Shown here piece by piece: positions 20,261-30,855 of a DNA stretch of 64,000 bases. The number at the start of each line of letters is the position of its first letter. Position 1 is the stretch's first letter. The notes under the pieces are model-generated. The model saw nothing but the letters and a program-made list of their open reading frames with translations. It was not told where the DNA came from and did not search any database. Made by a program: the position numbers and the translations under genes. Source of the DNA: Anaerohalosphaeraceae bacterium (lineage in GTDB: Bacteria; Planctomycetota; Phycisphaerae; Sedimentisphaerales; Anaerohalosphaeraceae); contig CAXXSL010000011.1 of NCBI GenBank assembly GCA_963675525.2, positions 576,001 through 640,000 on the forward strand, written 5' to 3'.

Positions 20261-20284
20261 CGTTTAGAATAAAGGATTAGCAGA

Positions 20285-20722
20285 ATGAATCATATTTGGA
20301 TGTTAGCAGCAGCGGACAATGCCGGGCAAAATATTGAAGGCACCGAAGTCGGCATGGTGGACGAAGCCTCTCAAGACGTGCAGGAAGTCACACAGCAGGA
20401 CGGCGGCAGCGGAAAAGAACAATCTCCTCCTCTGGAGCCTCAGAAGACCAATCCCATGTTTCTTATTATGATCGCCGTTTTGGGTGTTTATATGTTTTTT
20501 ATCATGTTCCGCGGGCCCAAGAAAAAACAACAGGAACATCAGAAGATGGTTTCCTCGCTGACCAAGAATGACCGTGTGCGAACGATCGGCGGGATTTTCG
20601 GAACGGTCCTGGACGTTCGGGATAATGAAGTGGTTTTGAAGATCGACGAATCGACCAATGCCAAGATACGCGTCAGTCCTTCGGCCATTGCCACGGTTCT
20701 GAAAGACGGCAAAGACGAGTAA
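20285..20722 (+). CDS. yajC: Preprotein translocase subunit YajC
   Basis: Single TM helix followed by KNDRVRTIGGIFG; lies between tgt and secD. Confidence 0.93.
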   Translation: MNHIWMLAAADNAGQNIEGTEVGMVDEASQDVQEVTQQDGGSGKEQSPPLEPQKTNPMFLIMIAVLGVYMFFIMFRGPKKKQQEHQKMVSSLTKNDRVRTIGGIFGTVLDVRDNEVVLKIDESTNAKIRVSPSAIATVLKDGKDE

Positions 20723-20782
20723 AAACGAATATACTGGAAAGCAAACAACAAACAGAAACTTTAATTAATTCAGGAACTGGCT

Positions 20783-23700
20783 ATGGATAAGAATCTTATC
20801 TGGAAAACAATATTAATCGTCATTTTAGTGTTATGGGCCGCTTGGGGGCTCTATCCTCCGCAGGAAAAACTCAAACAGGGTCTGGACCTGGCAGGCGGAA
20901 CCAGCCTGGTTTATGAGATCGACACAAGTGACCTCGAAAAAGGCGAGCAGAAAGATCTGGCACAGAATATGATTCCGATCCTGCTGAAACGTATTGACCC
21001 GACGCACGTCGCCAATATTGTCATGCGGCCACAGGGAGATACGCGTATCGAAATTCAGCTGCCGGTCGCCAGCCAGGAAACTAAGACAAAACGTCAAGCC
21101 TATGAAAATGCGCTTGTCAAGCTGGAAGGGGATAACACAAATTTACTGAAAATCCGACAGGCTCTAATGCAGGGTCCTGAGCGGCAAGCCGAAGTTTTCG
21201 CCGAATTTGCCAAGGGCGATCCGGCACGAGAGGAAATTCTCAATAAACTGGCAGAGATTTACACGCTTCGAAAAGAAAAACAGACACAGCGTGACCTGCT
21301 CTCGGCCGAGATGGCATCGGTCACGGCAACCCTCAAAGAAGCCGAGGTGACCTTTGATACCCTCGAAGGCAGAATCCCGAGTTGGGCCAAACTGCAAGCA
21401 GATCAACGCGCCGAGTCCATCAAAACATATGTTCAAAGCGCTGTTGAGGATGAGGCAGCCACTGATGATAAACTGACCGACAAACAGACAAAAGTAATCA
21501 CGCTAATCGACCAGTATATTGAGCTTTATAATAAGCAAGCCCCTATCCTGAATGAACTGACTAAAAAGGACGAAGGACTTAACGACCGATGGATCGCCGC
21601 ACAAAATGATCTCAAGAAGCTCAATTTAAACGTTGACCTGATGCGGGAAATCCTGCAGTTGCGGGCCGATTCCCAAGTGCGAAGTGAGAAGCTTGAAGCC
21701 CTGATGACCGACTTTGCCGATCGCAAAGACAAGATCGAGGCTGTTATTTCGGCGTATAATGAATATAGCAAAGTCAGCGGACAACTCGATGACCCCGAAG
21801 ACCTCAAGCGGATGCTTAAGGGTTCGGGGGTATTGGAGTTTCGCCTGCTGCCGACCAGTGCCGACGGCAAAAACACTGCCGCTGAATTGAAGGCCCGCAT
21901 TTCCGAACTTGAGGAAAAAGGACCGAAACTGGCCTCTAATAATAAATTCATCTGGTGTGAAATCGAAGACATCGATAATTTCCCGAAAGCCTTCGAGTCT
22001 GTCGGTGAACCGGCCATCGGTCAGTTTGGCGAAAAATTCTATGTCCTGTGCAGCAATCAGGTCCAGAATAATGAGGCTCTGCTGCAGGACGGCGAAAAGA
22101 AATGGAAACTCAACAAGGCCTTTCCGGCCACGGATCAGCAGGGACGCCGGGCAATTGGTTTCACCTTTGACGATGTCGCGGCAACTCGTTTCTTCCGCAT
22201 CACAAGCGAAAATCCCGGACGTCCATTATGCATTCTGCTGGACAACCAGGGCATTTCCGCACCAACGATCGGCGAAAGACCCATCCGTTCGCAGGGCATT
22301 ATTACCGGCTCTTTCACACAGACGGAAGTCAGCGATATGATCAACAAACTAAACGCCGGTTCCTTTCCGGCACGGCTTTCAGAGGTTCCCATTTCGGAAA
22401 AGAGTATCAGTGCTACCATTGGTACGGATAACCGTACACAGGGTATTCGCGCAGGCCTGATCGGACTGGCAGCGGTGGCGGTGTTCATGCTGATCTACTA
22501 CATGCTCAGCGGTGCCATTGCCGACATCGCCCTGATGCTGAACATTTTGTTTGTACTGGGTATCATGGCGTTGCTGAATGCAACGTTTACCCTGCCCGGT
22601 ATCGCCGGTTTGATCCTGACCATCGGCATGAGCGTGGACGCCAACGTGTTGATCTTCGAACGTATCCGCGAAGAACAGAACCGCGGTTCCTCCGTTAAAG
22701 CAGCAATCATCAATGGTTACCAACGTGCGTTCCGAACGATTTTCGACGCAAACCTGACAACCTTTGGCGTCGCGGCAATTCTTTATATGGCCGCTTCTGA
22801 AGAGATCAAGGGCTTCGCGATCGTGCTTATGCTCGGTATTATTTCGAGCATGTTTACCGCTCTGTTCGTCACACGCGTGATCTATGACTGGCTGACCGGC
22901 AGCCGGATGATTACCAACCGACTGGCGATGCTGGGAATGATGCAGAATACCAACGTCAACTGGATGGCCATGCGGCCGCTGTTTTTAACAATCTCTTCGG
23001 TAATGCTTATCGGTGGGCTGGCGGTGTTCTTTACGCATGATAAAATGACCCAGACCAGTAAATATGATATTGAGTTCATCGGCGGCACCAGCGTTGAAAT
23101 TGACTTGAAAGAAGGCACAGGATTTGACCGTGCCATGGTTCAAGAACGCATCAACCAGCACCTGAATACACCGGCCAAGGTGTATGAAGTCGGTGAAACC
23201 GGCCGCCAATTCGAAATCAGCACCACCGAAACCAATAAGACCACCGCAACGATAACTTCGGCAGAAGGCCAAACCCTGACCGCCGAAAGTCTCGCCGGGA
23301 CCATCGGGCAAAAAGCCGCCGAAATGGGCAGGGTCCTCTCAAATCTGAAAGTGACACCATTGAAAAACGGAACCTTTGAAGTCTCCACCAGCCGAGTGAA
23401 CGCTTCATTGGTTGAAAACGTTCTCACCGAGGCGCTTGTCGGGACCGCAACCGTCAGCGATCTGTCGGTTCAGGAAGTGGTCAGCGATGCGGTTCGAACC
23501 GCCTTTAAAGATTATCTGGTCGTACGGGAAAACCTGGGACTGGACATTACCAATACACAAAAAATCGAGATCGGGTCAGAAGACGCTACGCTTTTGGCCG
23601 ATTTCCTCGGCGGCATCAAGCTGTCCTGCACCTTACAAACACCGACAACCGCCGCCGACATGAAAGCGCGGATCAGCAATGTTCGTTTCAAACCGGACAT

Positions 23701-24484
23701 GCAGGATCTGACCTGGTACTCCTACAAATTGTTTAAAAATGATCTGACCGAGCCGAAAGAAGATGAGACCCTTACAAGCTTTGTCTATGTCAGTCTTCAT
23801 CCGGATGCAGGATACCGGACTCTTGAACAAAACGAATGGGATCGGTTTATTGAGAATGAAAAGATGACCATTACCGGAGCCGCCTCACTGGAGACGACGC
23901 TTTCCCGAGTCACCCAGATCGACCCTTCGATCGGTTCACAGTCCAAGCAGCGGGCCTTGATCGCTATCGTGCTGTCACTGCTGGCCATCATAGGCTATAT
24001 CTGGATTCGTTTCGGTACAGCCCGCTATGGATTCGCCGCCATTGCCGCACTCGTCCATGACGTTTGTATCACGCTTGGGGTGGTAACCGCCTGTGCGTTT
24101 ATCTCACAGACGAGTATCGGCAAAGCCCTGTTGATCACCGATTTCAAGATCAACCTGGAAATGGTTGCCGCGTTCCTGACGATCATCGGCTACTCGCTTA
24201 ATGACACCATTGTCGTCTTTGACCGAATCCGTGAAAACCGCGGCAAACTGAGCATCCTGACGCCCGAAATGATTTCCACCAGTATTAATCAGACACTGTC
24301 ACGTACCCTGTTGACATCCTTCACGACCTTCATGGTCGTTCTGGTTATGTACATCTGGGGCGGCGACGGGTTGCGTGGGTTTACTTTTGCGATGCTGATC
24401 GGTATTATCGTCGGTACCTATTCCTCCATCGCCATCGCTGCTCCGATCTTATTGCTCGGGGCATCTAAAAAATCGAAAAAGTAA
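20783..24484 (+). CDS. secDF: Fused protein translocase SecD/SecF
   Basis: GLDLAGG, GMSVDANVLIFERIREE, IEFIGG, GYSLNDTIVVFDRIRE. Confidence 0.95.
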   Translation: MDKNLIWKTILIVILVLWAAWGLYPPQEKLKQGLDLAGGTSLVYEIDTSDLEKGEQKDLAQNMIPILLKRIDPTHVANIVMRPQGDTRIEIQLPVASQETKTKRQAYENALVKLEGDNTNLLKIRQALMQGPERQAEVFAEFAKGDPAREEILNKLAEIYTLRKEKQTQRDLLSAEMASVTATLKEAEVTFDTLEGRIPSWAKLQADQRAESIKTYVQSAVEDEAATDDKLTDKQTKVITLIDQYIELYNKQAPILNELTKKDEGLNDRWIAAQNDLKKLNLNVDLMREILQLRADSQVRSEKLEALMTDFADRKDKIEAVISAYNEYSKVSGQLDDPEDLKRMLKGSGVLEFRLLPTSADGKNTAAELKARISELEEKGPKLASNNKFIWCEIEDIDNFPKAFESVGEPAIGQFGEKFYVLCSNQVQNNEALLQDGEKKWKLNKAFPATDQQGRRAIGFTFDDVAATRFFRITSENPGRPLCILLDNQGISAPTIGERPIRSQGIITGSFTQTEVSDMINKLNAGSFPARLSEVPISEKSISATIGTDNRTQGIRAGLIGLAAVAVFMLIYYMLSGAIADIALMLNILFVLGIMALLNATFTLPGIAGLILTIGMSVDANVLIFERIREEQNRGSSVKAAIINGYQRAFRTIFDANLTTFGVAAILYMAASEEIKGFAIVLMLGIISSMFTALFVTRVIYDWLTGSRMITNRLAMLGMMQNTNVNWMAMRPLFLTISSVMLIGGLAVFFTHDKMTQTSKYDIEFIGGTSVEIDLKEGTGFDRAMVQERINQHLNTPAKVYEVGETGRQFEISTTETNKTTATITSAEGQTLTAESLAGTIGQKAAEMGRVLSNLKVTPLKNGTFEVSTSRVNASLVENVLTEALVGTATVSDLSVQEVVSDAVRTAFKDYLVVRENLGLDITNTQKIEIGSEDATLLADFLGGIKLSCTLQTPTTAADMKARISNVRFKPDMQDLTWYSYKLFKNDLTEPKEDETLTSFVYVSLHPDAGYRTLEQNEWDRFIENEKMTITGAASLETTLSRVTQIDPSIGSQSKQRALIAIVLSLLAIIGYIWIRFGTARYGFAAIAALVHDVCITLGVVTACAFISQTSIGKALLITDFKINLEMVAAFLTIIGYSLNDTIVVFDRIRENRGKLSILTPEMISTSINQTLSRTLLTSFTTFMVVLVMYIWGGDGLRGFTFAMLIGIIVGTYSSIAIAAPILLLGASKKSKK

Positions 24485-24503
24485 CCGCAATTTTATAAAA
24501 AAC

Positions 24504-24539
24504 AAAAGCCGGGATGTTTCGCATGTCCCGGCTTTTTTT
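24504..24539. terminator. Bidirectional intrinsic terminator
   Basis: AAAAGCCGGGATG-loop-GTCCCGGCTTTTTTT between convergent secDF and the GrpB gene. Confidence 0.8.
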
Positions 24540-24566
24540 ATCTCACTCTTTAGAACATTATCACGC

Positions 24567-25082
24567 TCATTCAGATAGAAAGCCCGCTTTCTTTTGAATG
24601 CCTCGAATAAAATCACCTTTGGCATCGGCAAAATCATTGGAGTCTTTCCATTCCTTTTTGGCCAGATCCCGCTTCAACCCTGCGTATTCCAATGCGGCGG
24701 CCGGATTTCTCCTCAGGTAATCACGAAAAAGTAAATGGCGTATCCAAAACTCCGAACCAATTTCAACCATGTGAATATGGTGCGTAGCGATACCATCGGA
24801 CAGTTTCTTGAAAAACCGGCGATGCGGCATCACATCTTCATATTGAGGAAAATAGCTATATCCAAGCTCCTGTATTTTCGGAACAAGCTTGTCGGCATGC
24901 CCAAAATCCGGCAACCCCGCCATAATGTCGATAATCGGTTTGGCGATCAGATTGGTAACTGCCGTGGAACCGATGTGTTCAATAACTGGTTCAGCTGATG
25001 AAAGATGGGTAAAAAGAATTTGTTTTTCTTCTTCAAAGAGCTTCGGCCAAGCGAAGTCGTATTCGGATAAGACGATCTTCAT
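24567..25082 (-). CDS. GrpB / UPF0157 nucleotidyltransferase-fold protein
   Basis: IEHIGSTAV..AKPIIDI, HLLFRDYLR, YAGLK; ATGA overlap with the NYN gene. Confidence 0.88.
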   Translation of the reverse strand: MKIVLSEYDFAWPKLFEEEKQILFTHLSSAEPVIEHIGSTAVTNLIAKPIIDIMAGLPDFGHADKLVPKIQELGYSYFPQYEDVMPHRRFFKKLSDGIATHHIHMVEIGSEFWIRHLLFRDYLRRNPAAALEYAGLKRDLAKKEWKDSNDFADAKGDFIRGIQKKAGFLSE

Positions 25083-25564
25083 TTTTCGTCCATGCCAAAT
25101 GCATCCATCCACAGATCCGCTTCATGTTCCGTAACGCCGTTCCTCTTTTGAGAGGGTTCGGGAGCGGGCCGATTGGCCTGCTTTTCGAGCTGCTGGCACA
25201 TATAAGCCCAGAAAGGCTCGGCACGAATTGCCGTCGCTTTTCGTTTCGCCGCGGCCCTGCGAAGACGATTATCGCTGCTGACCACTACCAGGCTTTTCGG
25301 TGCGGAGTTGTCAAGAATTTTTTGTTCGATGATGTCATCCGCCTCACTGTTTTCGCCGGAAAAATAAACTTCAACCCCGTGAATGCCTCCCAGTTCGCGC
25401 TTGTCCGGCGGGCCAATGCCGTCAAAGACAATATGCCCATGGTCACGAACACAATGAAGAAAGTCGGCTATGATCCGGCACATTTGGACGTCGGTCAGCA
25501 TCGCAAACTCTTCATACCGTTGAACGGCACGAAGCAGATTGTACCCGTCAATCAAATACGGCAT
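25079..25564 (-). CDS. YacP-like NYN (PIN) domain ribonuclease
   Basis: YLIDGYNL, IVFDG, EADDII, VVSSD. Confidence 0.85.
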   Translation of the reverse strand: MPYLIDGYNLLRAVQRYEEFAMLTDVQMCRIIADFLHCVRDHGHIVFDGIGPPDKRELGGIHGVEVYFSGENSEADDIIEQKILDNSAPKSLVVVSSDNRLRRAAAKRKATAIRAEPFWAYMCQQLEKQANRPAPEPSQKRNGVTEHEADLWMDAFGMDEK

Positions 25565-25566
25565 GG

Positions 25567-26859
25567 CTAAACCTCGGCCTGATAACGAACTTCTCCGGCA
25601 ACGAGGGTATAAAGAACCTTGCCCTTAACTTTCCAGCCGTGATAAGGACAGTTTCGGCTTTTGGAGTAGAATTTTCCGGCATCGATGGTCCACTCGGCTT
25701 GCGGATCGATAATCGTAATATCCGCCCGGTCACCCACCCCAAGCCTGCCTTTTTCCACCTTCAGAATGTCGGCAGGCCGACAGGTCAGCATCGCCAGCAT
25801 TTCGGACCAGTCAATAATCCCCGGTTCGATTAGTGCTTTCATATACAGCGGCAATGCACATTCAATCCCGGCAATCCCACACGGTGCGGCCAAAAATTCC
25901 AGCTCTTTTTCGCTTTGAAGATGCGGAGCGTGATCGGTCGCCAATGCATCCACAAGCCCGTCCTTGATCGCCTGTTTGAGTGCATCGGTGTCTTTTTTCG
26001 CTCGCAACGGAGGGTTGACTTTATAGTTGGTATCATAATCGGCGATCGCTTCTTCGGTCAGCAGCAGATGGTGCGGCGTCACTTCACAAGTTACGTTAAT
26101 GCCCTGCTCTTTGGCCTGTCGAATGATCTCGACGGATCCGGCCGTCGAAATGTGCTGGACGTGGTAGCGGGCACCGGTCTTTTTGGCTAATTGAATATCC
26201 CGCCACAACATCATTTCCTCTGCCAGCGGGTCCATCCCCGGCAATCCGAGAACCGTCGAATTATATCCGGCGTTCATCACCCCGTTTTTGGCCAGCGAAT
26301 CATCCTGGCAATGTTGGGAAATGACCCGGTCGAACATCAAGCTGTATTTCATCGCACGCTGCATCACCGCAGTGTCCTGAACTCCGCCGCCGTCATCGGT
26401 AAAACCGATCGCACCGGCTTGCGCCATCAGGCCCATTTCCGATAATTCCTGACCCGCCCGGTCCTTGGTGATCGCACCCATCACATAAATAAATGTCTTG
26501 CGAGCCTGACGCCCCATGCGGTGTATGTACTCAACACCGGTGGCTTCGTCAATCGGCGGATTGGTATTGGGCATGCAGACAACAGACGTAAAACCACCCG
26601 CCACCGCGGCCGCCGATCCGGAAGCAATCGTTTCTTCTTCCTCGTCGCCCGGTTCACGGAAATGAACGTGCAGATCGATCAGGCCCGGCGCAACAATTTT
26701 GCCGGCAGCATCGATCTGCAAATCACAGGGATCATCAATCTTGCCGATTTTTTGGACATGATAGTTATCCACCAATACGTCGGAAATCCGGTCAATCCCG
26801 TTTGCCGGATCGATCAATCGCCCGTTTTTAATCAAAATTCGTTGTGACTGTGTCTTCAT
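25567..26859 (-). CDS. pyrC: Dihydroorotase
   Basis: DLHVHFREPG, MPNT, EVTPHHL, KVNPPLR, ATDHAPH. Confidence 0.95.
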   Translation of the reverse strand: MKTQSQRILIKNGRLIDPANGIDRISDVLVDNYHVQKIGKIDDPCDLQIDAAGKIVAPGLIDLHVHFREPGDEEEETIASGSAAAVAGGFTSVVCMPNTNPPIDEATGVEYIHRMGRQARKTFIYVMGAITKDRAGQELSEMGLMAQAGAIGFTDDGGGVQDTAVMQRAMKYSLMFDRVISQHCQDDSLAKNGVMNAGYNSTVLGLPGMDPLAEEMMLWRDIQLAKKTGARYHVQHISTAGSVEIIRQAKEQGINVTCEVTPHHLLLTEEAIADYDTNYKVNPPLRAKKDTDALKQAIKDGLVDALATDHAPHLQSEKELEFLAAPCGIAGIECALPLYMKALIEPGIIDWSEMLAMLTCRPADILKVEKGRLGVGDRADITIIDPQAEWTIDAGKFYSKSRNCPYHGWKVKGKVLYTLVAGEVRYQAEV

Positions 26860-27827
26860 GATTGTTTTTCTTTTGATTCCTGCGTGGCAGCCTGGTTCAC
26901 CAGGAACAGCACCGCCATTCGCACCGCCAGACCGTTGGCCACCTGTTTTAAAATAACACTATTCGGCCCATCGGCCACTTCGGATTCAATTTCGAGTCCG
27001 CGGTTGATCGGTCCGGGATGCATCACAGTAATGTCCGCCTTGGCTCGTTTCATCCGGTCAACTGTCAGTCCAAAGAAATGCGAATATTCTCGTACGGATG
27101 GAAATGGATTGCCGCCCATTCGTTCAAACTGGATCCGCAGCATGTTGATCACATCCAGCTCCTCGATCACAGCATCCAGACTGTGAGAAACCTTGACCGG
27201 CAGTTCATCCACACGCGCCGGCATTAGAGTCGGTGGACCGACCAGAATAACCTCAGCACCCAACTTTGTCATGGCATAGATATCGCTTCGCGCAACACGT
27301 GAATGAGCAATGTCTCCGACGATCCCGATCTTCAGCCCCTCCAGAGAGCCTCGCGCCTGCCGGATTGTATAGACATCCAGAAGGGCCTGAGTCGGATGTT
27401 CGTGGAAACCATCGCCGGCATTAACCACGCAGGCGTTAATTGAACGTGTCAGCAATTTCGGTGCCCCGCCGGCATTGTGACGAATAACGACAATGTCGAT
27501 TCCCATGGCTTCGAGATTGCGGGCTGTATCGATCAGGGTTTCACCTTTGCTGACCGAACTGGATTTTTTGGTGAATTCAATGACATCGGCACTCAGGCGA
27601 TTGGCAGCCAACGTGAAGCTGTTACGGGTTCGCGTACTGTCTTCAAAAAACATATTCACCACCACTTTGCCTCGCAGCGGCGGCGCTTTCTTGATCGAAC
27701 GGGTGCTGATCTGCTCGAACCCTTCGGCCGTATCCAGAATGAATTCTATTTCCTGTCGGCTCAAATCACTGATGCCGATCAGGTGTTTACGCGTCCACTG
27801 AAATTTGTTCGATTTCACACTCATCAT
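26856..27827 (-). CDS. pyrB: Aspartate carbamoyltransferase catalytic subunit
   Basis: FFEDSTRT, HEHPTQALLD, HSRVARS, MHPGPINRG. Confidence 0.96.
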   Translation of the reverse strand: MMSVKSNKFQWTRKHLIGISDLSRQEIEFILDTAEGFEQISTRSIKKAPPLRGKVVVNMFFEDSTRTRNSFTLAANRLSADVIEFTKKSSSVSKGETLIDTARNLEAMGIDIVVIRHNAGGAPKLLTRSINACVVNAGDGFHEHPTQALLDVYTIRQARGSLEGLKIGIVGDIAHSRVARSDIYAMTKLGAEVILVGPPTLMPARVDELPVKVSHSLDAVIEELDVINMLRIQFERMGGNPFPSVREYSHFFGLTVDRMKRAKADITVMHPGPINRGLEIESEVADGPNSVILKQVANGLAVRMAVLFLVNQAATQESKEKQS

Positions 27828-28348
27828 TCCACGATCACTCGATCTTCCTGGTCCGTTTCGATGAAGTGAACACAGACCGATTTGTCTGCGTCCACAATCG
27901 TTTGGAGGCCGACATAATCGGCGCTGATCGGATATTCATGCTGTCCGCGATCCACCAGGACCGCCAGACGGACGGCACCCGGACGGCCCATATCGGTCAG
28001 CGCATCCATTGCCGCCCGAACACTTCGGCCGGTATGCAGTACATCATCAACCAGCAGGATCAGCTTGCCCGAAACATCAAATTCGATTTCGGTACTGCGA
28101 ACCGTCGGCTGGGTGTCTTTGGGTTCATTCAGATCGTCACGATAAAGGGTGATGTCCAGCGTCCCGCGAAGTATCTGGTCGGAAAAATAATCGCTGAGCT
28201 GCCCGCCCAGACGCTGGGCAAGAATTTCACCCCGACTGCGGATACCAATGATGGCAATATCCGAATCGGCGGGAATATCGGACTTAATTCGATTGACGAG
28301 GTCATCAATTGCGGCGGCTATCTGATCGGCGTTGAGTAATATATCCAT
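27824..28348 (-). CDS. pyrR: Pyrimidine regulator / uracil phosphoribosyltransferase
   Basis: GIRSRG, LDITLYRDD, LVDDVLHTGRSVRAA, LVDRG. Confidence 0.95.
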   Translation of the reverse strand: MDILLNADQIAAAIDDLVNRIKSDIPADSDIAIIGIRSRGEILAQRLGGQLSDYFSDQILRGTLDITLYRDDLNEPKDTQPTVRSTEIEFDVSGKLILLVDDVLHTGRSVRAAMDALTDMGRPGAVRLAVLVDRGQHEYPISADYVGLQTIVDADKSVCVHFIETDQEDRVIVE

Positions 28349-28432
28349 GGCTTTTTTGTCTTGTTTCTAAGCTTTTACTTAACTTTTTGGTTAGTTAAAG
28401 GCTGTTTTTTGCCGAAATTACTGTACGGCCAG

Positions 28433-28461
28433 AGTATAACAGGCCTGCCGGACCAAAGCAA
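28433..28461 (-). promoter_or_regulatory. Putative sigma70 promoter of the pyrR-pyrB-pyrC operon
   Basis: Minus strand TTGCTT-17-TATACT. Confidence 0.5.
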
Positions 28462-28577
28462 GTATTATCGTACCAGGAAAATGCTGTTTTGAAAATGCAC
28501 TTATTCGTATGATTTAGTTGAAAAAGAGACGTGTTTTATGATAGAATTAAGCTGGGTTTAGCTTTTTTGGAGAGTAA

Positions 28578-30335
28578 TTGGCTTCCAGAATGAAGAAAAC
28601 TTGTTACCGGGCCCATCGGGTGATATTAAGCCTGCATCTTTTGCTGACGGGTTTATCGGCGTTGGCATGGGCGGATCTGCCGCTGGAACCGGCAGCACTG
28701 GACTACACCGGCATACGAACCCTGACTCAACAGGATCCAAACCTGACCGGTCAGGATGTTCTGATTGCCGCTGTCTGCCGAAGCATGACCTACGTCAATG
28801 ATAAGCCGCAGAATGATTACCGTTTTAATACAGAACACGACTGTCTGTACCGTTCAGACGTGGTCTTCGCCGATAAAACGGATGGACGGTTCGGCATCTC
28901 ATCTCACGCGACCGCCATCGCCGGCATCCTGCTTGGACAGGACGAAGAAGCCCTGCATCCGGCTGCAGGACAATTTCAATACCGCGGAGTCTGCCCTGGC
29001 GCCTCTGTCGATGTGTACGAATTCTGGCGGTTTGTGACTATGATTCTTTTCGATAAACAGCCGTTTGAGGCCGATGTCATTTCGCTCAGTCTCGGCGAAA
29101 CCTTTGAAAACTGGTGGACCCGCGGACTGGAAAATATGGCGGTTGAAAAAAATATGATTGTCATCGCCAGTATCGGAAACGGAACCGATGCCTATAATAT
29201 GCTGTATCCGGGTGCGGGTGCCAATTGCATTGGTGTCGGCGTTATCGATGCGGCGGTCGATGAAAACGGCCTCGTCAGCCTGCGTGAATTTTCGACTCCT
29301 AAAGAGGGCACTTCCAGTGTCGGCCCGACAAGTGACCTGCGATGTAAGCCGGATATTGTCGCTCCGGGAACAGTTCTGGTTCCGACCCATGATAACGACA
29401 CTGATTATATCCTGCAGACAAACTGGTCCTCGCTGTCGGCGCCCATGGTCAGTGGCACAACCGCACTCCTGCTGCAGAAAGCTTATTCTGACCCGACATT
29501 GGGAACAGCTTTTGATCAACCCGGGAAAAATTCCGTTATCAAAACCATCCTGTTAAACTCTGCGGAAAAACTCCCGTTCTGGCACAAGGGACAGATTACC
29601 CCTGACGACGACTCGCAGACTCCGTTGGACTTTTCCCAGGGCGCCGGTGCACTCGATGCCGTCGCGGCATATGACCAGTTTGTCGCCGGACAGCATAACC
29701 CGGGTTCTGTACCCCAACTCGGCTGGGATAATCGTATCCTTGAGGCCAACGATAGCCGGCACGATTACATCATAGAAGCCGTCGAACCCAATCAAATGAT
29801 CACGGCAACGCTGTGCTGGAATTATCATTATCAGAATCAATTTCCCTTCGGACATCTGCTCGACAACGATGTGAATTTAAAGCTTGAACTGTGGGGCATC
29901 GACCCGAACGGATCCGAAAACGAAATACTGGTGGACGTCTGCGACAGTGTTAATGACAATATCGAACACCTCTACGTTAAGTCAGATGACCGCTTTGCAG
30001 ATTATATCATTCGTGTTGTTTTCAGCGACTCGCAACTCATTGATGCATCCACGCAGGAGCGTTACGCCATGGCTTGGTCCGTTCGCAATAACGTCACAGA
30101 CAAAAAGTGGTGGCAAGATCTCAATGCAGACAATAAGATCGATACACTGGACCTCTGGACTTACCTTATTATCGACCAACAGATTACCAATTCCCTGGAC
30201 CAGTTGTTCGCCGAGAAGGTACTGAACCTGTCCCCTGAACGCATCCAGCTGCTGGAAAGCAACTGGCAAAACTGGAAAACCCATCTGACCGATTTCCTGA
30301 AAGCCTTCAGCAATTCGGAAACCGCCGCTCTGTAA
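28578..30335 (+). CDS. Secreted S8 (subtilase) family peptidase-like protein with EF-hand/dockerin-like tail
   Basis: SHATAIAGIL, SIGN, KPDIVAPG, WSSLSAPMVSG, QGAG, ATLCW; tail DLNADNKIDTLD. Confidence 0.8.
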   Translation: MASRMKKTCYRAHRVILSLHLLLTGLSALAWADLPLEPAALDYTGIRTLTQQDPNLTGQDVLIAAVCRSMTYVNDKPQNDYRFNTEHDCLYRSDVVFADKTDGRFGISSHATAIAGILLGQDEEALHPAAGQFQYRGVCPGASVDVYEFWRFVTMILFDKQPFEADVISLSLGETFENWWTRGLENMAVEKNMIVIASIGNGTDAYNMLYPGAGANCIGVGVIDAAVDENGLVSLREFSTPKEGTSSVGPTSDLRCKPDIVAPGTVLVPTHDNDTDYILQTNWSSLSAPMVSGTTALLLQKAYSDPTLGTAFDQPGKNSVIKTILLNSAEKLPFWHKGQITPDDDSQTPLDFSQGAGALDAVAAYDQFVAGQHNPGSVPQLGWDNRILEANDSRHDYIIEAVEPNQMITATLCWNYHYQNQFPFGHLLDNDVNLKLELWGIDPNGSENEILVDVCDSVNDNIEHLYVKSDDRFADYIIRVVFSDSQLIDASTQERYAMAWSVRNNVTDKKWWQDLNADNKIDTLDLWTYLIIDQQITNSLDQLFAEKVLNLSPERIQLLESNWQNWKTHLTDFLKAFSNSETAAL

Positions 30336-30387
30336 AACCAACGCGGAAAAACCTCAGTGATTCTATGGAGATACACCGCCATAGCAC

Positions 30388-30846
30388 TTATTCACCAAGT
30401 ACCGCCCATTCGAGGTCGGTCGCCTGACTGTTTGAAATGCCGGAGAGGATGTGTTTGACATCCCCAAAAGTTGCAGTTTTATCGCAGCGGAGACGGATCG
30501 TACGTTCGGATGTCTTATTTTCGGACAAAAAATCGTCGATCGCCGATTGAATTAACATCGCTTGGTCGCTGCCTTTGACGGCTCGCAGTTTCTCAGAGCC
30601 GACCATACACACAGATTGCTCGTTTTCGGCCGCCATCACCGTAATCGTCAGCGGTTGTGTCCGGGAGGTTTCGTTCTTTTGAGCGGAACTGATATGATCG
30701 GGAACTTCAACCTGAAATTGTTCGGCAGCAATAAACTGGCAGACCAGCATAAAGAAAATGATCAGCAGAAACACGACGTCAATGATCGGCGTCATGTCAA
30801 ATGACTCGGCCTCAAACGAACGTCTTTTGTTCCAATTCAACTGCAT
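30388..30846 (-). CDS. ExbD/TolR family protein
   Basis: DMTPIIDVVFLLIIFFML; LRCDK. Confidence 0.9.
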   Translation of the reverse strand: MQLNWNKRRSFEAESFDMTPIIDVVFLLIIFFMLVCQFIAAEQFQVEVPDHISSAQKNETSRTQPLTITVMAAENEQSVCMVGSEKLRAVKGSDQAMLIQSAIDDFLSENKTSERTIRLRCDKTATFGDVKHILSGISNSQATDLEWAVLGE

Positions 30847-30855
30847 CGTCGAGCC

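Noticed and set aside
28349..28432. PyrR-binding attenuator
   Set aside because: CCTTTAA is present on the minus strand, but the AGUCC..GAGG loop and a terminator hairpin are missing.
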